Assembly: GCF_000738915.1 (NCBI RefSeq)
Contig: NW_026515638.1
Location: 332,882-396,881 of the forward strand
Direction of reading: 5' to 3'
Length of the DNA stretch: 64,000 bases
Origin: Nematocida ausubeli
Lineage: Eukaryota
The translations under genes and the position numbers were made by a program. Under the pieces are notes generated by a model, which was given only the letters and a program-made list of their open reading frames with translations, searched no databases and was not told where the DNA came from. This document shows, one piece after another, positions 32,062 through 41,962 of the stretch. Numbering within the stretch: position 1 is the first letter of the stretch; every line of letters begins with the position of its first letter.

Positions 32062-34599
32062 ATGCTGACAGTGGAGGATTTGTGCAGAAAAGGATTCTAT
32101 GGAATGCAGATAAAAGATCTTGCGCAAAATGAAATAAACCGTCTTAGAGAAATAGAAGGCGTATGTGTTGTGACAGAGGCTTCTGTTAGGCTAGTGGAGG
32201 AAACACAGAATCCTTTACTTTTTGTAGAGGATGATTCTGCAAATAGCACTTCGTACGTACGTGCAAATAACAAAGAATTTACTCAGTATGTGACAAATGG
32301 TCGGCTAAATTTCAACTGCCCGGAGTACTATTTTATTTTTCATGAGCTAATTGTAGGGGGTGAGCCTGTTAGCTGTAATAATATGCGTGTAAAGTTAAAG
32401 ATTGGGGCAAAGTCATTCTTCTACTTTATAAAGAAGCTTGCACTTGCTGGCATTGTGAGAAAGATTGATAATGGAAGTAAAATTCTTCTGTGCAAGGATG
32501 AGCCACTGGTGGAGAAAGAGGTGGTTGACTATCCACCCCCAAAGCATCTGCTAAAAAATGTTCCAATTTACATACAGATCCGAGATCTGCTAACTAGACC
32601 AGAGGGAACATCCACGCAGCAGATCAAAGAGTATCTGGGAATAAAAAACAGGCAGGCCCATGTGGCTTTGAAGTATGTAATGCAGGAATTTGGTGACGAA
32701 ATAAAAATCATCACAGAATTTGAGGGAAAAACAAGAAGGCTTAGGTATATCCTAAAAACACACTATGAACAGAAAGAGAAGCAGTTTGAGAGCCAGATAC
32801 AAGAGAGTGCAGAGACAGGAGTTTCTGAGACTCGGCGTGATTTTGTAAACACAGAGCAGCGCACTAGGGTCATAGAGGATCTAGTGGAGCGAGAAAAGGT
32901 TGTAATGTACAACAAGGCCTTTCATGAGAAGATTTCTGAAATACTAGGCAGCAAACATACAATAGACAAAAACACTGTTGTTAGGACAGCAAATGCATCA
33001 GCAAAGATAGATTTAGTTAGTGTGTATATAAAGTACGCAATGAAGACCATTGCTAGAAATGTTTTCAAGATTTCCTCTCTTGAGCCAACCGATCCAATTG
33101 TTATAAGCTGCATACGGAAAGAAGGATATAAGTCATTTAGTATTGTGACAAACCAAGGTGTAGTAGACTATTTGTATTCGGATGACATAGAGGAGGAGTC
33201 TTTGCCTGGGGAAAAAGATCCATCAGAGAGGCTAGATATACACAGAAGGTACTACAGAACTATTCTCTTCACTGACTATGAAAATCTGTTTGCATCGCAG
33301 AGCAATGGATACATTGTCGCAAAGGACAGCCGGCTGCAGTTTTTGAAGGATCACTGGCAAAAGGCATGTGCACGCATTGAGAAGTCCCACCAAACAGTGG
33401 ATGAACTGCCTTTGTCTGTTTTGCTTGCCATATTCCCATTCACTGAGCCCAACTTGTGCGAAAAAGTGAGTGAGTTTTACAGAGAAGAGGGAGAAGACTG
33501 GAAGAACGTGGCGTATAAGGATTTTAGAAGCGTGGCAGGCGTGGACATCTCCAAGTACTTTACATCCAAGAAGTATCTAAATGCACTAATAGAGTATATA
33601 GATGACCTAATAGAAAGCAATGATCTGAAGGAAATAACAGATTCTTCTGCAGGCACTACATACTACACAGTTGTAGACGTAGAAAGCAAAGATGCAAAAA
33701 AAGCAGAAATAACCTTATTAGAGAACACATTCATAAGCAAAGAAGAGAGAGAGGAGATGTATAAGACAATGTGCAGTGCACTGGAGCAAAGAATAGATAT
33801 ATCAGAGAATGATAGTGTCCTGGCAAAGCACACTGCGTTTGGAGTAGGAATAAACACTGTAATGCATAGTCCCCATGAAAAACAGGCAAAGTCTGATATA
33901 ATGGGGCTTTTCATACGAAAAAGATCGTTTAAAAAGGCATATAATCTGTCTACGGCTGTAATGAAAGTTTCACCAAGTGACTATTACCTGGTGTGTGCAG
34001 ATGGGGTGGCTGTTAACAACAAAGAATTTTCAAAGGAAGAGATCCTTCAATGTGTGCACAGCATAAAAACAGCAGTACTTCAAAGCCAAAGAGTTGATGT
34101 GCTTGGTGATCTGTGCGAGTACGACTACTTTTTGCTTGAGTATCTGATCTTAGCAATGAGCACTCTTAAGGTACTTTCACTGTCGAAGATGTCAATACGA
34201 AATAATGTTATATCGCACATAAAGATAACTGAGGAGTACAGACGGACATTTGACCAAGCAAAAATGGCCCTTAAGGCAGCAAGCCAATCGAGCAGGCAGT
34301 CTTCCAGAGGCAGCGAGGGAGAGTCTTCCAGCACATACCTACAGACATTTGGTATTACTGGAATTAACAAGATTTCCCCAAATGCAGACATGGTGTCCTA
34401 CACAGCAGGCTCTTTATTTCTGTATCTAGTGCACAACGGATCTGCTTGTCTTGATAAAATCCTGCGAAAGAATTTCATCATTCAGGCAGAGCTGGAAAAT
34501 ACTATAGAAAAGCACCCAAGCCTATTTGTACTTCATCTTAAAGAGAAATATACAGAGTCAATAGTAATGCTTGCATGGTGCTGTTCTTCTAGTGCTTAG
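32062..34599 (+). CDS. Probable TFIIIC B-block binding subunit (Tfc3/GTF3C1-like, multiple winged helices)
   Basis: KLKIGAKSFFYFIKKLALAGIVRK resembles the B-block_TFIIIC winged helix; further WH-like segments follow; 845 aa. Confidence 0.6.
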   Translation: MLTVEDLCRKGFYGMQIKDLAQNEINRLREIEGVCVVTEASVRLVEETQNPLLFVEDDSANSTSYVRANNKEFTQYVTNGRLNFNCPEYYFIFHELIVGGEPVSCNNMRVKLKIGAKSFFYFIKKLALAGIVRKIDNGSKILLCKDEPLVEKEVVDYPPPKHLLKNVPIYIQIRDLLTRPEGTSTQQIKEYLGIKNRQAHVALKYVMQEFGDEIKIITEFEGKTRRLRYILKTHYEQKEKQFESQIQESAETGVSETRRDFVNTEQRTRVIEDLVEREKVVMYNKAFHEKISEILGSKHTIDKNTVVRTANASAKIDLVSVYIKYAMKTIARNVFKISSLEPTDPIVISCIRKEGYKSFSIVTNQGVVDYLYSDDIEEESLPGEKDPSERLDIHRRYYRTILFTDYENLFASQSNGYIVAKDSRLQFLKDHWQKACARIEKSHQTVDELPLSVLLAIFPFTEPNLCEKVSEFYREEGEDWKNVAYKDFRSVAGVDISKYFTSKKYLNALIEYIDDLIESNDLKEITDSSAGTTYYTVVDVESKDAKKAEITLLENTFISKEEREEMYKTMCSALEQRIDISENDSVLAKHTAFGVGINTVMHSPHEKQAKSDIMGLFIRKRSFKKAYNLSTAVMKVSPSDYYLVCADGVAVNNKEFSKEEILQCVHSIKTAVLQSQRVDVLGDLCEYDYFLLEYLILAMSTLKVLSLSKMSIRNNVISHIKITEEYRRTFDQAKMALKAASQSSRQSSRGSEGESSSTYLQTFGITGINKISPNADMVSYTAGSLFLYLVHNGSACLDKILRKNFIIQAELENTIEKHPSLFVLHLKEKYTESIVMLAWCCSSSA

Positions 34600-35049
34600 A
34601 TTATGCATACATGCCTTTTGTCTATTCTGTAAAAATAAAAGTCTTCAAAGTTTATAGTTTATTAGAGAGTGTACGTGTTTTATTAAAATATTAAGATAAA
34701 ACTAAAAGAGAACACATATAAAAAGGACTGCAGGCAATATAAAAAGATAAAAATAATAGAGAAAAAAGTAAGAGAAAAGAGAAATACACTCTAAGAAAGA
34801 AGAAGAAGAGCTTGTAGAGATTAGAAGATAAAAAGAAAATACTGAATATAGTATAGGTATAGAATGACAAGACAGAAAGAAATTACAAAGTATTAACACA
34901 TGTGAATGAAAGAAAAGTGAAGTAAAAATGGCCTTTTGCATTTGGGTTTAGGCAAGGAGTATGTGAAGTTTTTAATAGAATAATGGAGAAAAGAAATAGT
35001 TTACTAGAATTTATTAATTAAAAGCAGTAGAGTTTGACTTGCATGTAAA

Positions 35050-36738
35050 TTATGCGTTGTCAGAAGTAATCTTCTCAGATTGGGCACAAGTGGAGGGAGC
35101 CTGTTGTGTCTCTGGGGCGACCGCGTTAATTAACGTATTAGCACGTTTGCTGGTGTTTAAAGATGTTCTGTTTGCAGAATGCTTGTTTATTATCAAGCGA
35201 AGGCTTTCTATTGACTTTGTATGCTCAGTAAGATTAACATTCCTGTTGGGTTTTGAAGATGTTCTGTTTTCAGAATGCTTGTTTATTATCAAGCGAAGGT
35301 TTTCCATTGACTTTGTATACTCAGTAAGATTCAACTCTTCACAGTCAAAATATAAGCTCAGCATTCGCTGTTTAATATCCTGTATCTCTTCAGGGGTAGC
35401 TTTCTTAGTAGATCGTTCGCCTTCATTGAAAAGCTCAGATGCTTTGGATGGGATGTAAACATTAAACTCATCGGACTCTTCTGGAGAGGCTGGCCCAGCA
35501 GAGTTAAGAGATGCCATTTCTTTCTTAGAAGGTTTGGGGGCAGGATGCTCTGGCATGTCAGTAAGCTTTGATGCAGTGATTTCTAATGGATCCTTTTCAC
35601 TGTTCTCGTTCTGTAAGAAGGTGTTAACTTCGTTGGTGATTCTCAGGCCGTTTTCAAAAACTGGAGTTTTAAATGAAACTTCAAGATTTGGCTGCTGATT
35701 CCTTGGAAGCTTAACGTTTTCAAGCTTTTTTATGATTTGCTTTTTTACAACGCCAATCACCCTATTGAGAACAAATACTCCGAACTTGCTTCTTAAAGAC
35801 TCTGGAATTTCAGCAGTTAAAGATTCAAGTGTTGCTTGGTAGAGACTTGTGTATGCAGCTTCAAACTCAACACTCTTTGAAAGCCAGTATCTGATGTAGG
35901 TGGATGGCTCAAATGATCTTGAAATTATGTACTTAACTACTATTCCGCTTATTAAGAGGTTTCTGTGGCTCTTGGTGGTAATGTCAGTGTAAAGCTTTTC
36001 TTCAACCTTTGAAAGAGATTTTTTGCAGAGAGTGGAAGAAGTTTTCATGGTGTGGATCAGAACAAAGGGAAGGGAAAGTTCTGATGTTTTTGTGTTGGTT
36101 TGTTTAATGACATTTTCAAGGGTTGCTATAAACTCAAGTACATCTGCAAGTAAGGCTGGATTAACATTATCACTGGGAGTAGAATTCTCTTGCACTCTTC
36201 GATCCATTTCCTCAAGACACAGTTGAGTTTGCAGGACAGCTTCCTCTACCACAGACATGCGTCTTTCCTCTGTTGCAATGTTCTCTTCTGGAACAAGCAA
36301 ATTTGAATCCACGTTGCTGCAGGTGGCTATTTTGTAAATCTTAGCTGATGTAGTCATTACCTTTTTAGCCCCTTTTTTTGTCTTGGAAGGAATGGTTTTG
36401 ATGCCTTTGAGTAGTCCCTTGAAGAAATTAGTCTTTTTCTTGGTAGTGTCCTCAGTTTCCTCCTGTTCCTTGTCGGTCTCAGTATTCCTCACCTCCTCTC
36501 TGAGTTGTACTGCTTCCTCTGTCTTTTCCGCCTCAATTGCCTCAGCAACTTGTGGAGTCTCCAAGACTTCTTCAGTCTGAAGGTCATCCATTGCTTGCTC
36601 AACTTCAGGAACTTCAGATGTCTCTGCAGGTTTGTCTGCAGATGCATCCGTAGGCTCAGAAGGACCGCTTTGGTTGGCAACTTGGGTTGATAGACTAGCT
36701 GTAGTGTTGATATTATCTGACTCTACTTTCTCCATCAT
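35050..36738 (-). CDS. Lineage-specific protein (562 aa) with acidic disordered N-terminus and a duplicated 32-aa C-terminal module
   Basis: Long ATG-started ORF with no recognisable domain. Confidence 0.8.
   Translation of the reverse strand: MMEKVESDNINTTASLSTQVANQSGPSEPTDASADKPAETSEVPEVEQAMDDLQTEEVLETPQVAEAIEAEKTEEAVQLREEVRNTETDKEQEETEDTTKKKTNFFKGLLKGIKTIPSKTKKGAKKVMTTSAKIYKIATCSNVDSNLLVPEENIATEERRMSVVEEAVLQTQLCLEEMDRRVQENSTPSDNVNPALLADVLEFIATLENVIKQTNTKTSELSLPFVLIHTMKTSSTLCKKSLSKVEEKLYTDITTKSHRNLLISGIVVKYIISRSFEPSTYIRYWLSKSVEFEAAYTSLYQATLESLTAEIPESLRSKFGVFVLNRVIGVVKKQIIKKLENVKLPRNQQPNLEVSFKTPVFENGLRITNEVNTFLQNENSEKDPLEITASKLTDMPEHPAPKPSKKEMASLNSAGPASPEESDEFNVYIPSKASELFNEGERSTKKATPEEIQDIKQRMLSLYFDCEELNLTEYTKSMENLRLIINKHSENRTSSKPNRNVNLTEHTKSIESLRLIINKHSANRTSLNTSKRANTLINAVAPETQQAPSTCAQSEKITSDNA
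35160..35331. repeat. In-frame tandem duplication, period 96 bp
   Basis: 35160-35235 vs 35256-35331, encoding NLTEHTKSIESLRLIINKHSANRTS and NLTEYTKSMENLRLIINKHSENRTS. Confidence 0.92.
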
Positions 36739-37846
36739 GATCCTCTGAAATCTTTTCCTTATTTATAGATATAATTGTAAACAAACCTGAAACATGGAAA
36801 TTCTGAAACATCTTTTCCTGTAGAATATTGGCCTGTTTTGTTTGTTGACCAATGAAACAAGTAAAAACAAACCAACAAACATGCCACACATCTGAAATCC
36901 ATGTCTTAGGGTTTACCACGTATTCTATCAATCAGAATACGAAATTCACTACAACACAGAACCATACATTGTCACAAGTTGATTTTGCTACATGAATTGT
37001 CAGCTTCATTCTAGCCTGCTAAATTTAGAAAGAAGCAGCAGAAGGGCACTTTTTTACTACTAAAAATATTCTAATGAGTGCATATTTTATGAATAATTTC
37101 ATCTTCCAGGCAATAAACCCATATAATAGCTGGTTGTTGAATAGTTCTCTTCTAATGTTCTGATTGTAAGATATGTTCTTAAATATGTCCAATTTATTCT
37201 TCTTAAAATATTCTATTTAGTCTACAGTCTTTCTATAATTTATTTTTCATGAACTATTTATAGACTTATAGACAGCTTGTCAATCAGTACTGCATATTGT
37301 ACCAATAAACACACTGAGACAACTGATGAAAATATGGCACAAAGTGTCAACTAGTTCGATCACTAAACTAGTATTCTGCAAAAAAAGACTGTTAAATACC
37401 AGGTTAATCTGCAGCCAAAAGTAAAATATACTTTGGACCCGGATATATCTCTATTGCTTGGCTTATGGAAAGAGTCACATACCTTTAAGAAGAGAAAAAT
37501 AACAGATGAATTTATTATTTATTGCCAACTAAGAAAAATAAAAGATGAAAATTCATTTAAAATTACTACTATAGAGCCACTAGCAGAAATTATTAAGGAA
37601 AAGCCACAGTACGCCTGCAGCCATATATTAGTACATACAATGCACTGTTAATACATGGTAATGCAAGAATAAATAATTTGCATTTGTTAGACTTCATGTA
37701 TGGAAGCACAGTTATATATTCTTGCAGCAGAATAGAGTTTTTTATTAATCTTTCTTCTATCTAAAGATAACAAGCTTACATTCATAGATTTATATTGTTA
37801 TTATTAGTAGGCCCATAAACAGATGCTCTTTTGGTGTATTTTAAAG

Positions 37847-39472
37847 TTAATCTTCATTGGAATTTACGTACAAGGACTCTCTGTATTTCATTAGATTATT
37901 CCATGGGTCAGTGTATAGGCTGTCATTGAATATATTTGAATCTTTAAAATTTCCATCATAAAACTTCTTCAATGATGTCACGATATTCGAGATATGGTCT
38001 TTTGTTTTCTTCAGGACATGCATACTAATTGCCACCTCATTAACGAATTCTTTATCCTCAGATCTTTGCATATCAATATTCAGTGTGCCTTTTGCTTTGT
38101 CTTCAAAATCCAGATTGTGCAAAACAGAATTGAAAAGTGATTCAAGACTCTCTACATTATCCTTCAATGTCATAGACATGTGCTTGAACACTTCTAAGAG
38201 CTGCGTAATTGAATTGAAAAGATTTTCTTGTATGAAATTCACAGACTTCATATCGAAGTAGTAAGGATTAAACCTAAGTAAGCTGTCACTGGCTGCATTA
38301 ATTGATAATTCCATAGAACTAATTACATCACAAATTTTAACATCATCTTCATTCTCGCTTATATGAAGAATATTTACCACATCCTCTAATAACGGAAATA
38401 ACATTCTTATCTGCCATGCTGTATTAATACCAGATGCTTTAAAGTATATACCATTGCTTATGTCTTTTGAGAATATGTCTGCATTAATAATTACATAATG
38501 CAATATAAGCATATTTAAGTTACATTCTGAAGATTCAAACACATTAAATCCATGTCTCTTGGATATTTCATATGCCTTTGAAAGTCCTTCTATATAATCA
38601 ATAACCAGCTCATCAACACTGTCTACAGCATCTGGCGAATAAACCTCTTGGTTCTGTGTATTTTCTATTACTAAAATAAATTGTTCTGCAAGAAACCCAT
38701 AGAATGTTCGCATCATTACGCCATAATCCTGGATGAAATTCTTTGCATCTTGCACCGCAATTACATTACTGTTTAGTTTATCCATATTAGTATGCAGTAT
38801 CTCCAGCTTAGACTCAAATTTACTAAATGCTCTTCTTGTTTCATCTGTTTTCTCAAGAATACTATCCATATCTAGTTGATATATGCAGTCATCTGGGTTT
38901 TTTCCGCATTCTTCTTTTATTTCTTCATGGGCAGGCGCAGAGACTAGAAGATTATTCACAGACATATATGTAAATAACTCCTGCCCACTTACAAGTGGAT
39001 ATGCTTGGGCTTTTTTAGTTCTAACAGAAGATTCTTTATAGCTCGTGCTGGCTGCTGAATTTATATCCTTTTTATCCATGATAATTGAAAGCAACTCATT
39101 GCACTCTGCATATTCCTCTTTGCCCATGACACTCGCAAGGACTTCATCATAGTCAAGATACAAGTCACCCAGATACAAAGTCACATTTCTTAGTCCGTCT
39201 GCATATGCCTTTGGATACTCACTTATTTGCATTCTTACATTCTTGTTGGGGTCAATACGTAGGGGATTTTGGAAAGTATCAGAATTTCTTGAATCTCTAG
39301 TCTGCTCCATTTTAGGCAGAGAGTCAATGCTGCTTGCTGTGTAGGGGGTCTCAGTTGTCATAAGGGGCAAGGAGACAATAGAATTTGCTTGTTGAGTTAC
39401 CTCTAATGCGGCAGTAGCATGCTTAATTATATTTAAAACCTGCAGAAAAAAGCAGATACCAAAACCTCTCAT
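37847..39472 (-). CDS. Secreted helical protein, lineage-specific (541 aa)
   Basis: Signal peptide MRGFGICFFLQVLNIIKHATA; AT-rich codon use; no known motif. Confidence 0.8.
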   Translation of the reverse strand: MRGFGICFFLQVLNIIKHATAALEVTQQANSIVSLPLMTTETPYTASSIDSLPKMEQTRDSRNSDTFQNPLRIDPNKNVRMQISEYPKAYADGLRNVTLYLGDLYLDYDEVLASVMGKEEYAECNELLSIIMDKKDINSAASTSYKESSVRTKKAQAYPLVSGQELFTYMSVNNLLVSAPAHEEIKEECGKNPDDCIYQLDMDSILEKTDETRRAFSKFESKLEILHTNMDKLNSNVIAVQDAKNFIQDYGVMMRTFYGFLAEQFILVIENTQNQEVYSPDAVDSVDELVIDYIEGLSKAYEISKRHGFNVFESSECNLNMLILHYVIINADIFSKDISNGIYFKASGINTAWQIRMLFPLLEDVVNILHISENEDDVKICDVISSMELSINAASDSLLRFNPYYFDMKSVNFIQENLFNSITQLLEVFKHMSMTLKDNVESLESLFNSVLHNLDFEDKAKGTLNIDMQRSEDKEFVNEVAISMHVLKKTKDHISNIVTSLKKFYDGNFKDSNIFNDSLYTDPWNNLMKYRESLYVNSNED

Positions 39473-39931
39473 ATCTTTTCCATCTTAATCTCTATTTATA
39501 CTTTCAATAATCTTAATTATAATCAGTTTGATTCACTAAGGCATATTTCTAATCAAAATGACTGTTAAGTAATAAAATTAAAAGCATATTACTACATACT
39601 TTTACATATACCCCGAATTTAGTTATGAATATACATAATCTGTCCAAATTTCATTCATTTCTGTTCTCTCTTCTGCATAGTAGAATGATTTTCTTCTGAA
39701 TTGTGTCTAAATATATAGAATTTTCTAAAAAGAGGTTAAATAATTACTTTCTTATATAATTACTTCTACTTCTTAAAAGAATAAACCAGCCAGAGTATAA
39801 GTAGTCAGAAGAATTATCAGAATAGATCCAGAGTGAAATAATTTGAAATTATCTAGAGATTTCTCTCCTATAAATCTGTGGATTTGGTGAAAATTAAAAT
39901 AAATCTAAGCTTTTAAAGATTTAATTTTTAA

Positions 39932-40672
39932 ATGAAGCGTTTGATACAGAGAAAGTCAATGAATACGAATATCCCCATGAAAGATAAAAACAGCAAAGAG
40001 ACTGTAAATATATACGATAAAAAAGGCCAGGCAGTTCCTGGGTTTATATATAAAAAGAGTGAAACAACATTGCAAGATGGAAACATATATAGACACAGAA
40101 AGTGCCTAAGCTCTTTAGATATAATTAGTTACATAATAGCAGTTGGTGGAATCTCAGTACTATATATTCTATCTGGTATTTTATGTATTTTTATAGTAAA
40201 TATTACATTCTTGGTAAAATTACAGCATATGTCCATTAAAGAAGACGCAGCTCCCATGCACATATTCATTTCTATTATGAGAACTCTTACGTACATTATT
40301 ACGATTTTTGTACTTTTATTCTTTAAAAAGAGACAGTTTAGGTCTTTCCAAGATATGTTTATAGAGAAGAATAGTACATTAATTACAGCTATAATATGCA
40401 TTGTTGCATTAATAGTGAGATATTTCCTGACAGTAAGACAAACTCTTCTATTAAATATGTACATTCCACAATTTGGTGGCTTCTATATAATTTCTACTAT
40501 ATGCACGGTTTTAACCATGTGGCTATGCATTAAATCAAAATACAAAAGAACATACATATACATATCACTGTTAAACTGTGTGGTGCACATGAATATGGCA
40601 ATAGTTATTAACAAAATAATATATACTTCAATTTTCATGCTTGACAATACACAAACTATCGAGCACTCTTGA
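39932..40672 (+). CDS. Multi-pass membrane protein, lineage-specific (246 aa)
   Basis: About 5 hydrophobic helices; very AT-rich ORF. Confidence 0.7.
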   Translation: MKRLIQRKSMNTNIPMKDKNSKETVNIYDKKGQAVPGFIYKKSETTLQDGNIYRHRKCLSSLDIISYIIAVGGISVLYILSGILCIFIVNITFLVKLQHMSIKEDAAPMHIFISIMRTLTYIITIFVLLFFKKRQFRSFQDMFIEKNSTLITAIICIVALIVRYFLTVRQTLLLNMYIPQFGGFYIISTICTVLTMWLCIKSKYKRTYIYISLLNCVVHMNMAIVINKIIYTSIFMLDNTQTIEHS

Positions 40673-41026
40673 ATATATGGGAAATAATTCAGTTATTCCA
40701 TACTTATTTAGTACAACGTACACTAGATAATATACGAAGTTAGTTTATGGTTGAATAAACTAGAATGAAAATTATTTAAAATTTCACATATAAATACGAT
40801 TGCATGGCAGCATATAATTTATTTTTAAAGAGCCTTTAATACATTCACTGCAAAGAATATAAACAGAATATTTTATGCTTTATTTTCTACTGTATTACAG
40901 GGAATATCTTGTCAAATTAGTAACAGACAAGGAAAACGTATAAATTGTATAATTCATGCAGTAAATTACTGTATTCTACATCTGTTCATATGTAGATTAT
41001 TTATAATTTCCATTAAACTCACTTAT

Positions 41027-41962
41027 CTACAGGCTGCCAGACAAGGAAACCTCCACTAAGTGATGGGTTCCCTCTATTTCACAGAGACTGTCAAGGCCTT
41101 CTGATAGGACAAGAGTCAAGGAAAGTGGAGTATTATTTTCATCTCTTTTCATGGCACCTGTGATAATGCACTTCTTTGTGGAGAGTATTGTGCGCACTTT
41201 TGTCTTATGTTTTACATCCCACAAGTGAACTTCTCCATCTGCTCCTCCAGTAATAACTTGGGTGGCACTTGCAGGCTGCAAGAGAGTAACAGGATAGTAT
41301 ATTTCTTTGGCCTCCTTCACTTGCTTATGGGCTTTGAATACAAATCCAGTTCCTGGTCTATTCGCATAATCCACACAGACTTTCCCAATTGGTGTAGAAT
41401 ATGCAATGATATTCTGTCTGGTATTTGGCAGAAATATTGCATGGTCAATTTCTGTGTCAGAAAGCAGGGATTTCATGGGAAAACCAGAGTCAGAGTCAAT
41501 ATTATATATAAGTAGGGTGCTGCTTTCCAGAATACACAGTATTTTACCATTCTCCGCATAACTGCTTGTGATTTTCTCGTCTATCTGGACTTTTTTCATA
41601 ACAGTGTTATTTTTTGTGTTGTAAACCACTATCTCACCATGAACATATACACCAATTATCATATCCTCAGAGTGCATGTGTATGCCTATCACAGCCTGCA
41701 TGTTAATATCTGTGTGTTTTATGCTCTTGCTTGCTTTAATAATGCACGCTACTCTTTCATTTTTTACTTCCCATATATCCCCTTTAACTGTTCCTATGTA
41801 CGCCGTGTTTAAGCTATTTTCTAATATAGCAGTGGCTGGGGACTTAAGAGAAATGGAATTCGCAGTGCCATTGCTAATTATTCTGACACTTCCATCCCAC
41901 AGTCCATATATAAGATCCCTTCGATTATGTATACAGGATATGCTGCTGTACTCATTGCTCAT
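41027..41962 (-). CDS. BUB3: BUB3/RAE1-family WD40 protein (BUB3-like)
   Basis: WDGSVRI, FVFKAHK...IYYPV...TGGADGEVHLWDVKHKTKV. Confidence 0.75.
   Translation of the reverse strand: MSNEYSSISCIHNRRDLIYGLWDGSVRIISNGTANSISLKSPATAILENSLNTAYIGTVKGDIWEVKNERVACIIKASKSIKHTDINMQAVIGIHMHSEDMIIGVYVHGEIVVYNTKNNTVMKKVQIDEKITSSYAENGKILCILESSTLLIYNIDSDSGFPMKSLLSDTEIDHAIFLPNTRQNIIAYSTPIGKVCVDYANRPGTGFVFKAHKQVKEAKEIYYPVTLLQPASATQVITGGADGEVHLWDVKHKTKVRTILSTKKCIITGAMKRDENNTPLSLTLVLSEGLDSLCEIEGTHHLVEVSLSGSL

Noticed and set aside
34690..34945. A/G-rich strand-biased tract and its 79-aa minus-strand ORF
   Set aside because: Low-complexity spacer between convergent genes. It is only compositionally similar to the left arm of the repeat.
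37433..37651. 72-aa ORF, and similar short intergenic ORFs at 6446, 12629, 53775, 55701 and 62269
   Set aside because: Non-ATG starts or AT-rich random-like composition with no motifs.
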